From: Pachysolen tannophilus NRRL Y-2460
Lineage: Eukaryota
Direction: 5' to 3'
DNA length: 64,000 bases
Assembly: GCA_001661245.1 (NCBI GenBank)
Contig: KV454013.1
Coordinates: 1,334,502-1,398,501 of the forward strand
Made by a program: the position numbers and the translations under genes. This document shows, piece by piece, positions 11,029 to 23,088 of the stretch. The notes beneath the pieces were generated by a model. The model saw only the letters and a list, made by a program, of their open reading frames with translations, was not told the DNA's origin and did no database searches. Position 1 is the first letter of the stretch. Each line of letters opens with the position of its first letter.

Positions 11029-12579
11029 ATGTCAGGTAGTAAAAAATTTAATATAAACTCTATTGCTATCATTGGGGCCGGCCCAGCCGGTCTTGCTTCA
11101 TTAAATGAATTTTTACATACTAATAAGGATGGTTCTACAACAATTCATACAGATCATCTAGCTGAAGAGCCTGCATTTGAGAAAATAGTTGCCTTTGAGC
11201 AAAAAAATAAAGCTGGAGGCATATGGATGCCACTTGAAAAACCAGCTAATGATGATGTTAAGTTCATACCTCAAGGTATCTTGGACACCGAACTGTATTC
11301 TGATCCTGGTGTTCTTACTACAACTGATTTTGCAAAAATTCCTGATGGCCTAACCTCTCAACAAAGAATCAATGTAAAAGTTTCTGATGAAGAACGGTTA
11401 CAATATGAGAAGTGGATTGCTAAAAGTGGTATTTATGAAGACCTATATACTAATGTTCCTGAGAAATATACTAGATTTTCTTATCAATTAGAAGAACCAA
11501 ATTATAAAGATGAAACTAGAGACATACATCCATTTTTAACAGTAGGAGAGTTATCAAAAAGATTTGAAAATTTAATTGTAAAGGAAAAATTATCAAATTA
11601 TATAAGAACAAATACCACAGTAGTTAAAGTTGAGAAAAATTCTAATAAATGGGTTTTAACCTTGAGGAAATATGATCTTTCAACACATTCGTTTGAATGG
11701 TACCAAGAAGAGTTTGATGCTGTTGTTATTGCCAATGGTCATTATTCATTGCCAAACATTCCACATATTGACGGCTTAGCTGATTATAATAAAGTTTTCC
11801 CTGAGAAATTGATCCATGCTAAATCTTATTCTAACATTGATGATTTTAAAGGTAAAAAAGTGTTATTTGTTGGAAATAGTATTAGTGGTGTTAGTCTCAT
11901 ACAATATGCCTTCCCTGTTGCTAAAGAAGTTTTAGTTTCAAGAAGAGGTCCTCATATTGCTTTCCCCTGGGTTAATGATGCTATTGCATCAAATGGAATC
12001 AAATTGAAGCCAACTATTGAAAAATTTCTTCCAAAGGAAAATGCTATTTTATTCAGTGATGGTACTAAAGAGTACGACGTTGATCTTGTAGTCTTTGCAA
12101 CTGGTTATCATTATCATTTCCCATTTTTCCCAAAGGATAACGAATATTTTAAAGTTAAAAATGCTTCTAATTTAAGTTGGGTCTCTGGTTTTTATTTAGA
12201 TGATTTTTCTATCAAGGATCCAACTTTAACCGCTGTTGGGTTGACTGTTACTCATTTAAATTTTAGTTCTATAGAGGCAAGCGCAGCTGCAATTGCTGGA
12301 GTTTGGTCAAATGCAAAAGAGTTACCATCAAACGAAGTTCAAGAAAAATGGGTTTCAAAGAGATTGGAGGCCACTGGAGACAACATCTTATTTCATTATT
12401 ATAAAATTAATGAAGTGAAGGAAGGTATTATTGATCAATTACTTGAATTTGCTCCAAATGGAAGAAATAATCCTCTTGAAGGTGGTGATCAGGAAACCAA
12501 AAATTTAGAACTGGGGTTCAAATCATCAGAGCTGTTATTTTACAAGTTTAAAGATGGAAAATTAACATTGAAATCTTAG
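11029..12579 (+). CDS. Flavin-containing monooxygenase (Fmo1-like)
   Basis: IAIIGAGPAG FAD motif, FEQ..AGGIW, YEDLYTN, FDAVVIANGHY, FMO fingerprint variant FPEKLIHAKSY, VGNSISG, ATGY. Confidence 0.92.
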   Translation: MSGSKKFNINSIAIIGAGPAGLASLNEFLHTNKDGSTTIHTDHLAEEPAFEKIVAFEQKNKAGGIWMPLEKPANDDVKFIPQGILDTELYSDPGVLTTTDFAKIPDGLTSQQRINVKVSDEERLQYEKWIAKSGIYEDLYTNVPEKYTRFSYQLEEPNYKDETRDIHPFLTVGELSKRFENLIVKEKLSNYIRTNTTVVKVEKNSNKWVLTLRKYDLSTHSFEWYQEEFDAVVIANGHYSLPNIPHIDGLADYNKVFPEKLIHAKSYSNIDDFKGKKVLFVGNSISGVSLIQYAFPVAKEVLVSRRGPHIAFPWVNDAIASNGIKLKPTIEKFLPKENAILFSDGTKEYDVDLVVFATGYHYHFPFFPKDNEYFKVKNASNLSWVSGFYLDDFSIKDPTLTAVGLTVTHLNFSSIEASAAAIAGVWSNAKELPSNEVQEKWVSKRLEATGDNILFHYYKINEVKEGIIDQLLEFAPNGRNNPLEGGDQETKNLELGFKSSELLFYKFKDGKLTLKS

Positions 12580-12895
12580 AAATGTTATTTATAGTTAGTT
12601 ATATAATATATAATTTATATATATATATTTATTCATACAGAAAATAAAATAAAGAGAATAAATAGACAAAGCTTAACTCCATAATTCACCAAACAAATCA
12701 TCATAATTTGTCGAATATACATCAATATATCTGAAAAAATAAAAAAAAAAATAAAAATAGAAATCAAACCATAACCTGATTAATGATAATAAAATAAAAT
12801 ACAAAACCGATAATAAAAAAATTAAATATAGAAACTATTTTTCAAAAATAACAACATCAAAGTTCCTTTTCCTTTGCATTATACTTGGAAGAATT

Positions 12896-13541
12896 TTAAA
12901 CTGAAATAATAGTAGGATACAATTGTTTCTTTGTAAGTTGTTCCACTTGTTTACCTTCCGATTCACCATCACGCTTCTGGTAATTTATAAGAGCCTCTTC
13001 AAAGGATTGAACTATTTCATTCAAAAACTTTCTATGTTTAGTAATTTGAGTCTCTGTGATATCATCTTTCGTAATATCAAGTCCTGATAATTTAGTAACC
13101 AAATCATCCTCAGAATCAGCTTCTTTCGTTTTAATATCTGCACTAGATGATTTTTGGTTTGTACTGATATTGTGTCTTGTTATGAGATTATTATAAGAGT
13201 GATTGTTTGCTGGAGGTACCGGGTTATTGACATAATAATTATTGCCATTGTAACTTCCCCCAGGAAATTGCATAACCAATTTGTTGACATCAGAAGACGG
13301 CAAAACTGGGTAAAAGACATTTTGCAGAGGATAAGGATTTTTGAGATTCATATGTTGCAGTGATTGCAGTGGTTGTGGCAGTTGTGGCAGTTGTGGCAGC
13401 TGTTGCAGTTGCTGGTGTGGAGGATAAACATAATTTAAAGATTTCGATAACTGGTTGAAGAAGTTGCTGGCTTCTACCAAATCTTGATGACTGTTGAAGA
13501 ACATGTATTGTTGCAGTTGTTGCAGTTGTTGCAGTTGCAGA

Positions 13542-13581
<40 letters not shown>

Positions 13582-14986
13582 GCAGTTGCTGCTGGAGAGG
13601 AATTTGCAGAAGTGGTTGCTGATATGGATCAGAAACACCGATAAGCATACTTCCTGCAAACGATTCATTAGCAGAAGTATTGCTGCCATAGCTTGACATA
13701 CCACCAATCAAAGTATCCAATCTCAGGGCGATATCATTGTTATAAGAAGGTTGAATTTTCAATCTCTTTGCGTCTTCGAAAAAATTTGGCAAGCTTTCGA
13801 AAGTTCTCTTTGACTGATGATGGTGGGGTTGAGATTGAGATTGAGGTTGAGATTGTGATAAAGTTTGATTTTGAGATTGAAGTGTTGTTTGTGCCTGATT
13901 TCTGTTACGGGAAGGATCCAAATATAATCCTTGATTTTCAGTAGTTGTCAGATATCCCATAACTCCTGGGTTATTGTAACTATAATTGGAATTATAGTTA
14001 TTATAGTTGTAATTACTATAGTCATTGGAGGCAGGAATTGTGGAAGGAATTTTTGGAGTTTCGTTTAAATTTGCATGGGTCTTGACATGTTTTTTCAAAT
14101 CTTGAGGTCTTTTAAATTTTTTAGAACAATGATTACAAGCAAATGGTTTAAATGGAACATGGACCCTTAAGTGGGAAGTAATATGATCTCTTTTAACAGT
14201 GCTTGTAGAACAATTTTCCCATTGACAATCCAACGAAAGATTTTTGTTTGATTTCCTACCAACATGGTATTCACAAAGATGTGTATACAACAGTTGAGCA
14301 TCTGAAAATTCCTCATGACAGTGAATCCATTTACAATACATTGGGCCTGAGTTATCCATGCCTCTACTAAGAGGTTGATTATCCAGTTGCTGCTTTTCTA
14401 ATGTTTCCGCTGCTGTTTCCGCTGCTGTTTCCAATGTTTCTACTGCTTCTCCACGAGCATCGTGCGCAAAGTGTGAGTAGTGCGCACCATTATGCGCATG
14501 ATGCGCATGGTCACCTGGGAATCCAGAAAGTTCAGAAAGTCCAGGGTGACTAAGGTGTTCAGGGTATTCAGTGTTTCCAGGACTCACACTTGATTGATCA
14601 AGATCTACTAAAACACCTTGGACACCATTACCATTACCATTTAGTAACGGGTAAAGTGGCTTTTGTCCAATACCAACGCTGCCGTATAAACTATCTTTGT
14701 TATAACCGCCCTCACCACCAAACTCAATACCTGAATTTATTAAATGATTTGGCGAGTCACCCAATGAATTAGATGAAGTATCAGTAAATGTAGTTGTCGA
14801 CTTTGGAGATGAATTCGATGATGCCAAAGAGTTTGTTGTAGAACTTAACCTTTTACTCCCCATTATCGTACCACTACTATTGCTATTATTATATTCTTTT
14901 AAATGCTCACCGCCATCAGGAAAACCAGAGGCATTCAAATAAGAAACAGGATGGATACTAAAAACTTTACTATTAGAATCAGACAT
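12896..14986 (-). CDS. RIM101: pH-response C2H2 transcription factor Rim101/PacC
   Basis: Three fingers [59 protein letters not shown]. YPxL/I motifs (FYPVL, LYPTI). Confidence 0.96.
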
Positions 14987-15062
14987 CCTCGTTACCTTGA
15001 CTGATCGATCAATATATCACCAAAAAAAAAGAAAAAAAANAANAATAATAATAATAATAATT

Positions 15063-15521
15063 NNNNNNNNNNNNNNNNNNNNNNNNNNNNNNNNNNNNNN
15101 NNNNNNNNNNNNNNNNNNNNNNNNNNNNNNNNNNNNNNNNNNNNNNNNNNNNNNNNNNNNNNNNNNNNNNNNNNNNNNNNNNNNNNNNNNNNNNNNNNNN
15201 NNNNNNNNNNNNNNNNNNNNNNNNNNNNNNNNNNNNNNNNNNNNNNNNNNNNNNNNNNNNNNNNNNNNNNNNNNNNNNNNNNNNNNNNNNNNNNNNNNNN
15301 NNNNNNNNNNNNNNNNNNNNNNNNNNNNNNNNNNNNNNNNNNNNNNNNNNNNNNNNNNNNNNNNNNNNNNNNNNNNNNNNNNNNNNNNNNNNNNNNNNNN
15401 NNNNNNNNNNNNNNNNNNNNNNNNNNNNNNNNNNNNNNNNNNNNNNNNNNNNNNNNNNNNNNNNNNNNNNNNNNNNNNNNNNNNNNNNNNNNNNNNNNNN
15501 NNNNNNNNNNNNNNNNNNNNN
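15063..15521. other. Assembly gap (N run)
   Basis: Run of N. Confidence 0.99.
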
Positions 15522-15544
15522 NTAATTTTACTTAATTAATATAT

Positions 15545-15585
<41 letters not shown>

Positions 15586-15608
15586 CTTTTTTTAAATGAT
15601 ATTTTCGC

Positions 15609-15615
15609 TGCCAAG
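15609..15615 (+). promoter_or_regulatory. Rim101/PacC consensus site upstream of RIM101
   Basis: TGCCAAG. Single site, and its distance to the ATG spans an N-gap. Confidence 0.35.
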
Positions 15616-15867
15616 ACTTTTTCTTTCTTTTTGCTATTTTACTTAAATAATCGCATAATCAACGTTTTATTATACGCTCACTGATTTGAACAATTAGGAA
15701 ATGGATTTTAAAGAAGAATAGCATTTATAGGAATAAACTAAAAATTAGTTAATTTAGTTAGCTTGCTAGCTAAATAAGTTGAATGAATAGATAATTTTAC
15801 ATTTTACCAAAAAAATAATGTCTAATGATGTTTAATGTTTGGTATTCAAAGTGTCTAAGAAGTGAAA

Positions 15868-15898
<31 letters not shown>

Positions 15899-16106
15899 GA
15901 GCACTTTCTGAAAGGAAGTAAAAAAATAGTGTACAATTATTTCAGACTAACAGTGGACGTGAAAAAAAAAGAAGAAGAAGAAGAAAACACAAACAAATTG
16001 TAAAATTAAAGTAAATGTAAGTATAATATGTATGATTGAATTAAAAGTAAATTAAACCAAATTTTTTAATTTGAAGGGGATAATATATGTATTGTCTTTT
16101 ATCATT

Positions 16107-17252
16107 CTATTCATTAACGACTCTTAAAACTTTTCTTGAATAATCAAATTCATCTCCTAGAGATTTTCTTGAATCATTTATATTCATGTAAAATGAAGTT
16201 TGATTTGGATCTAGCCTTTGATCTACTTCACGGATTGGAACAAGTGTATCACCTCCATCACTAATTCCTGGTTTATGATGGATTTGTTTTTCAAAATCGT
16301 TATCGATGGATGAATTAATTGAATCATCTTCTTGTGGGTGTTGTCTTTTTTTGTAACAGAAAAAGTATAATGATAGCAGTAATATTGTCACTACAACTAG
16401 ACCAACAACTACAAATACTCCTGCAACTTTTCCCGGGTAATCAAAGAAATTTTTATGTTGTGTTGAAGTTTTACTTGAACTTGAACCAGTAGTTGAACCA
16501 GAACTTGAACCAGAATCTGTACTTGTATCTCCTGATGTGCTACTACTTGAAGTCAGAGATGCGTACAGTTCTGTGGTGACAACTGTAGTAGTCTGACCTC
16601 CAGTAACAGTTTCTATTGATACCACTACCGACACAGTAGCTGAATCTGTTGAAGAAGATGAGGAAGAACTTGAACTTGAACTTGAACTTGAGGATGAAGT
16701 TGAACTTGAACTTGAACTTGAGGATGAGGATGATGATGAACTGGATGATGAACTTGAACTTGAACTAGTAGTTGTGCTAGAACTTGAACTTGAGGATGAA
16801 CTTGTGCTTGAACTTGAGCTAGAACTTGAGCTAGAACTTGAGGATGAACTCGAACTTGAGCTTGAACTCGAACTTGAACTTGAACTAGTGCTTGAAGCCA
16901 CACTTGAAGTACTTGTACCACTTGGTGTACCAATTTCTATATAAGCATAATAACTTTCTTCGGGATTACCACAATCATCTGAAGGATACCCTGAACACAG
17001 AGTATCACAACTATCCAATGATACTGTAGAACTAGGAGTATCATCCCCACACCAGCACTCTGTCCCCATCAATATAGCATAAGCATACCCATTACAAGTA
17101 TCTTCACAAAGTCCATTTGATTGATAAATGGAAACCACCCCACTTGTTGTTCCTGTATTTTCCGAAGAGCATAATGATATTGAACCTGATGCTTTTAATG
17201 AAAAACATGATATCACTATTATAACGATTGGTATTATGAAATTTGAAGTCAT
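16107..17252 (-). CDS. WSC-domain cell-wall stress sensor (Wsc family; adjacency to RIM101 mirrors S. cerevisiae WSC4)
   Basis: Signal peptide, Cys-rich WSC domain (QSNGLCEDTC..ECWCGD..CDTLCSGYPSDDCG), poly-Ser stalk, single TM, cytoplasmic DQRLDP and DYSRKVLRVVN. Confidence 0.92.
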   Translation of the reverse strand: MTSNFIIPIVIIVISCFSLKASGSISLCSSENTGTTSGVVSIYQSNGLCEDTCNGYAYAILMGTECWCGDDTPSSTVSLDSCDTLCSGYPSDDCGNPEESYYAYIEIGTPSGTSTSSVASSTSSSSSSSSSSSSSSSSSSSSSSSSSSSTSSSSSSSSSTTTSSSSSSSSSSSSSSSSSSSSSSTSSSSSSSSSSSSSSSSTDSATVSVVVSIETVTGGQTTTVVTTELYASLTSSSSTSGDTSTDSGSSSGSTTGSSSSKTSTQHKNFFDYPGKVAGVFVVVGLVVVTILLLSLYFFCYKKRQHPQEDDSINSSIDNDFEKQIHHKPGISDGGDTLVPIREVDQRLDPNQTSFYMNINDSRKSLGDEFDYSRKVLRVVNE

Positions 17253-18857
17253 GATGAAAATGCTAAAATAAAATTATACAAGGAATTATGAAAAAAAAAT
17301 AAAAAAATAAAAATAAATAAGAATGCTAAAATGCTTGATATGACAAAGTGGGAAGTGAATGAAGAAAAATGACAAATAAATGTTTCAGCAAAAAAAAAAG
17401 AAAATACTGAAATACAATATAAAAGCAAAGAGATCAATTTAGACAAAGAAATAAAAATAAAAATAAGAAAATAAAAAAAATAGAAAACAGAAAAGGAAAA
17501 GCAACGGACAAAAAGACTAACAACAACAACAACAACAAAACGACCTTAATTCGAAATAAAATCCAAACAAAAAAAAAAAAAAAAAAAATATTAAAAAAAA
17601 AAAATTAAAAATAATTTTTTTTTTTAATATTTTCCCACAATGTTATCAAAGCAGTTAGTTCCCTTAATGATGAAATTAATATTTTCGATCGGTATGATTC
17701 AATCAAATATATCAATTGATTATTGGTATTATTATAGGGAAAATAAACAGGTTTAACTTTTTGCTCGGAAAAAATCAAAAAATCGAAAAAAAATCAGAAA
17801 AAAAAAATCAAAAAAATTTATTTATTTATAGACAATTTAAGCACAGTTGTTTCTAAGCTTAGTAAAAAGGTAAAAAAAAAAGACAAAAAGAAAATAAAAA
17901 TAAAATAATTTTTACAAATACAAATCAATCAATTTAGATTATAAATGATAACCACACTTTGATTCTGAGAAATAGAAAAATTGATCAAATCTTTTTCTTT
18001 TTTTTTTTTTTTAAATTTCAAATTGAAATTTTGTCTTCAATTATTTTAATTTCAAATATAAATAAATAATATAGAAAAGAGAGGAAAAATTAATAAATTG
18101 ATTTTTTGATGATGCTTTTCTCTCTCTGTTTTACAAAATAAGCTTTCGAATCTTAAATTTGCCGGCAGATGCAAAGACTTAATAACAAAAAAAAAAAAAT
18201 GGGCAGATTCTACCCGCATTGGGAAGCATCCGTAAAAGGGCAAAACTCTCGAAATTTTAATCCGCTTTGCGTAAAACACACGACGGAGAAAAGTAAAAAA
18301 AATTTAATAAATATATTTATTTATTCTCTTTTAACTCTCTCCACATCCACATCCACATCACATATAAATATTTATATATGGTACTTTATATATAGTACTC
18401 TCTCTATAAACAAGTAGGAAAACTACTTTCTTTTTTCAAGTGATTCAAAAAATGTCTCTGAGAGATGCACTTTAAAAAGTACCTGAAAAGGCGATGTTAA
18501 TTAGCAAGGATTGTTTGTTAGCAGTGCAGAAAACGTCTTTTAAATTAATTTGATTTTGATTTGATTTTTTTGGTTTCGAGACTTGGATATATGTGCTTTT
18601 TTTTTCCTTCGTTCTCTCGCACACACATACACATACACATATACATATATATATATAATATATATACACTCTATATGTCTTTTTGTTTCTCTTGTGTATC
18701 TATACTTTTTTTTTTCTTTCTTCTGCATATGACGTACATGAATACTCTATTAGTAAACGACGTAATAGGTAAATAAGCATATAAATACAGATAAATAAAT
18801 AAATAAATAAATAATTATAATTATTATTATTATTTTCTGCCTCTCCCCCCACAACCC

Positions 18858-18891
<34 letters not shown>

Positions 18892-19159
18892 GGGTTTTCT
18901 GTTTTTCTTTGAAAAAGAAATTGGTCGGTCTCAATCTGTCCGCTCCTTCTTGTTCTTTATTTATTTATTTATTTTATTTTCCCTCTTTACCGCCTAATGT
19001 CCTTTTCAGGCAATGCAAATTTGTTCCCTTTCGGAAAAAAGAAAAAAGAAAAAAGAAAAAAGAAAATGTCTAATGAAACTACACATGTAATTAACAAAAG
19101 GAGAAGTTTATTTACTCCTTTTAAATTTAATTAATTAATTAATTAATTTTTAAATTATT

Positions 19160-19935
19160 TTAAATGTCAATTTTAACAACACTTGTGCCCCTTGTTACAT
19201 AAATACTATCAACATTAACACTTAAGCCCTGTATAAAGTTTTTAAATTTTTTATTCTCAGTACATAATATCGACTGATCAATTTGATCTAATAAATTATT
19301 ATTTGTTTTATTTGTTTTAAGTATAGCAATAGAAGAATGTAAATGAGATGAATCATAATAAAATTTTTTTTTCTCAATTGTATTTAATTCAATTAATTTA
19401 TTAATTTCTTTAATTATTATTTTTAAAAAATCATTTTCTTTAGTAATTGAATCAACTATTAATGATAAAAAAAAATTATTAGTAATTGGATTTTTTAAAA
19501 AAAAAAATTATCAAATTTAATATTTAAATTATAATCATTGTTATTCTTATTAAATAATTTTTTTAAAAAAAAATTAATTGAATTAATAAATTCATCAATT
19601 TTTTCATAATTTTGGAAAATTATATTATATGAAAGTGAAATATGTAAATCTTTATGTATTTTTAATTTATCTAAATATAATTTTTCTAAAAAAAAATCTT
19701 TATTTTTAAATTCTTTATTTAATTCATCAATGATTTTATCTAATAAATTAATAGTTTTATCATCTAATTTCCAATTTATATAAATAAATGAAGAAATATT
19801 TGAATTTTGTGGTTTCTTAAAACAATTCAATTTAGGTGCATTGTTGAATTTATTAGATATACAAATTGGAGGTGATGGTAATCTTCTCTGTTCTTCTTCA
19901 TCTGATGATTCATAATTTAATAAATTGTCCATCAA
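19160..19935 (-). CDS. USB1: U6 snRNA 3'-phosphodiesterase Usb1 (2H family), with one frameshift in a T11 run near 19497-19507
   Basis: N-terminal YESSDEE..LPSPP and first HxS motif LHISLS in the track ORF. After a one-base shift the frame continues LKNPITNNFFLSLIVD..SHLHSSIA..VDSIYVTRGTSVVKIDI* (stop 19160-19162). Confidence 0.75.
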
Positions 19936-20432
19936 AAAATAAATATCATTTAAAAAAATTTATTCATTAATAAATAAATAAATAAATAAATTAATTTAAA
20001 TTTGAATTTTTTTTATTTTTTTTTTAAGGAAATTTTCATTTTTTCATTTTTTCATTTACACACTAACTAACTAAAACTAAATATTATTATCAAAATTTAT
20101 TTTTTTAATTAATAAAGTAAAGTAAGTACTTATAATCGTTATATTACAATGTGCTTGCTCAAAACAAATTAAAAAAAAAAAAAAAAAAAAAATAAAAAAT
20201 AAATTAAACTTAAAGAACATCTAGAGAAACTCTCGAATTAATTAATTCAAATCAACATCAAACAAGAAAAGAATATTAACAGCATTAAAAACACAATAAG
20301 ATTTTTTTTTTTCTTTTTTTTTTTTCCATTTTTCCTTTCTTTTTACTGGTATAAGACACATCTGAATGTAAAAATAATTAATATGTTTTTGTCTCTTTTT
20401 TTTTTTTTTTTTTTATTTATTTTCTTAGTTTC

Positions 20433-22161
20433 TTATGAGAAAAATTTTTTCAATTTGGATAAAAATCCTTTCTTTTGTTTTTTAGAATCTACATTATTAG
20501 TTGCTTCTGTCTTTTTAGCTTGTCCCGATGTAGCAGCAGTAGTTTTTGCTGTTGTAGCTGGCTTAGTTGAGCTTTCTTTTTGAGATTTATCAGAAGTCAG
20601 TGCAGTAGCTGTTGTCTTTGTTTTTGCCTTGGCCTTAGTAGTTGAGGGTGTTGTTGCAGTATTTATAGTTGCTGCTGGTACTTTTTCTTTAACACCATCA
20701 GATTTAGGTTTAACTTCTTTTTCAACTGGTTCAACTGGTTCAACTTGTTTTACTGGTTCAACAGTTTCCAGAGGTTTTTCAATAGTAGCAGCAGGAATAG
20801 GTTCATCTACTGTAGCTGGCTCTTCTGTTGTAGTTGCAGCAGCAACATCAGCCTCAGGAAGAGTTTCTGGAACAGTTTCAGCAACAGTCTCTGGAGCAAT
20901 CTCTGGAACAGTTTCTGGTGCAGTTTCTGGCGCTTCTGAGACTTCTTCACTACTTTCCGCTGTAGTTGGGACTTCTTCAGTTGAAGTTGCAGCTGTAGCT
21001 GGTGCAGTTTCAGTTCCGGAACCGTTGGTGGCAGTAGCAGCACCAGTGGCACCAGCAGCGCCGACAGCACCAGTAGTAGCATTAGCAGCAGTCGAGTCTT
21101 GAGCACCGTTATTATTATTATTATTATTATTACTATTATTGTTATTCTTCTTGGTCTTTTTTTTGTTCTTCTTGACCTTCTTTTTTTTCTTTGAACCAGA
21201 TGTTGAACCAGAAGTTCCTTCAGTTGAGGCAACAGGAGCAGCTGTTTTTTCCTTTCCCAGCTTCAGAGCTTGTTCTGCATTTATTTGTTCATTCAATTCT
21301 TTTGCATCAACTTTTGAAACATTTTTGAAAGCATCAATTGAATTAGCATCAGAAGGAACATAGATTCCCGGTTCATTTAAAGTTTGTTGTTTACCTTCAT
21401 TTGAAGGCATGACTGTAGTTTTCAAATCTTTTACATTTTCTTTACCCTTTTCTGAATTAATTTGTTCATTTAAAGCTTTCAGATCCACATTTGAAACATT
21501 CTTAAAAGCATCGACCGAGTTTGGATCTGAAGGAACATGAATTCCTGGTCCACCAGTTGCACTTGATGATGCAGCAGCTGCAGCTACATCTGCTTTTGAA
21601 ATACTCAAACCACCTGATTCAGGAATTTTTGCAGAATTTGAATTAGATTTAGAATTGATCAAATCAGCAGAATATAAGACATTATTCTCAATGCCACTAC
21701 TATCTTTTTCAATTTTACCATTTGAAGATACTCTCCATTCACCATCAACAACATATTTATAATAAATTTTTTCTGAAGACTTTAAATCTAATGGAACCGT
21801 CAATTCAAAAGAACCTTTTGAATTATGAACTAAAGGTAAAGATTTCGACCAATTGTCAAATGATCCGGTAACAATAACATCTTTTGGACCAGAACCCCTA
21901 AATAAAATAATAATGAGCAAAAAAAAAAAAATAGTTAGCAAATGAATTAATTAAAAGAAATTGAAAATTGACAAAAAAAAAAAAAAATTTTTTTTTTTTT
22001 TCACTTCAAAGAAACATATCAAAAAAATCAAAAAAAATTGGATTCAATTACAATCACAAAGTTAAGACTCTAGAAAGTCAAAAAAGAAAGCAAAAGAAAA
22101 AATCCAATGGTTCAATTCTTATTTATATTTTTATTACATACCAAGTAAAAGTATAACTCAT
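20433..22161 (-). CDS. Mdg1/Crp1-family protein with N-terminal AMPK-type carbohydrate-binding module; exons 22142-22161 and 20433-21897
   Basis: Splicing GTATGT (22141), branch TGCTAAC (21934-21940), TAG (21898) gives [39 protein letters not shown]. Also KIPESGGL and C-terminal KKGFLSKLKKFF. Confidence 0.88.
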
Positions 22162-22364
22162 ATTCAAAATTTGTTTTTTCTATTTTTTTTTAAACTTTTT
22201 TTTTCTTTTCCTATCCGCCTTAAACTGATCAACTAAATTAACTTCAAAAAAATTCTTTTTTTTTCTTTATATTAACCTTAAAGAAACCACAATGAAGATA
22301 TATATATCTATATATTCTAAAAGGTTTTATTAATTTGATTGTTCGTACAATTAAATAATTATAA

Positions 22365-22395
<31 letters not shown>

Positions 22396-22465
22396 TAAAC
22401 TGTTGATTATTGTTACTTTTTTGTGTACGTAATTTGATCAAAGGGAAAAAAGAAGAAAAAAAAAA

Positions 22466-23088
22466 NNNNNNNNNNNNNNNNNNNNNNNNNNNNNNNNNNN
22501 NNNNNNNNNNNNNNNNNNNNNNNNNNNNNNNNNNNNNNNNNNNNNNNNNNNNNNNNNNNNNNNNNNNNNNNNNNNNNNNNNNNNNNNNNNNNNNNNNNNN
22601 NNNNNNNNNNNNNNNNNNNNNNNNNNNNNNNNNNNNNNNNNNNNNNNNNNNNNNNNNNNNNNNNNNNNNNNNNNNNNNNNNNNNNNNNNNNNNNNNNNNN
22701 NNNNNNNNNNNNNNNNNNNNNNNNNNNNNNNNNNNNNNNNNNNNNNNNNNNNNNNNNNNNNNNNNNNNNNNNNNNNNNNNNNNNNNNNNNNNNNNNNNNN
22801 NNNNNNNNNNNNNNNNNNNNNNNNNNNNNNNNNNNNNNNNNNNNNNNNNNNNNNNNNNNNNNNNNNNNNNNNNNNNNNNNNNNNNNNNNNNNNNNNNNNN
22901 NNNNNNNNNNNNNNNNNNNNNNNNNNNNNNNNNNNNNNNNNNNNNNNNNNNNNNNNNNNNNNNNNNNNNNNNNNNNNNNNNNNNNNNNNNNNNNNNNNNN
23001 NNNNNNNNNNNNNNNNNNNNNNNNNNNNNNNNNNNNNNNNNNNNNNNNNNNNNNNNNNNNNNNNNNNNNNNNNNNNNNNNNNNNNNNN
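22466..23088. other. Assembly gap (N run)
   Basis: Run of N. Confidence 0.99.

Noticed and set aside
14997..15539. ORFs made mostly of X (also 22410-23186 and 52180-52671)
   Set aside because: They only span N-gaps and are not evidence of genes.
16625..16933. QVQVQ-repeat ORF overlapping the WSC gene
   Set aside because: Alternative frame of the TCAAGT poly-Ser stalk.
18420..18560. Possible structured ncRNA (TGCACT..AGTGCA arms followed by a T-rich tract) between the WSC gene and USB1
   Set aside because: Arms are only 6 bp and I found no convincing C/D, H/ACA or tRNA boxes. An Rfam/Infernal search would be needed.
17250..19150. Short F/I/K/Y-rich ORFs and microsatellites ((TA)n, (TCTA)n, (AAAT)n) in intergenic DNA
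   Set aside because: Low-complexity AT-rich sequence with no coding signature and no spacer-separated repeats, so not CRISPR-like or a mobile element.
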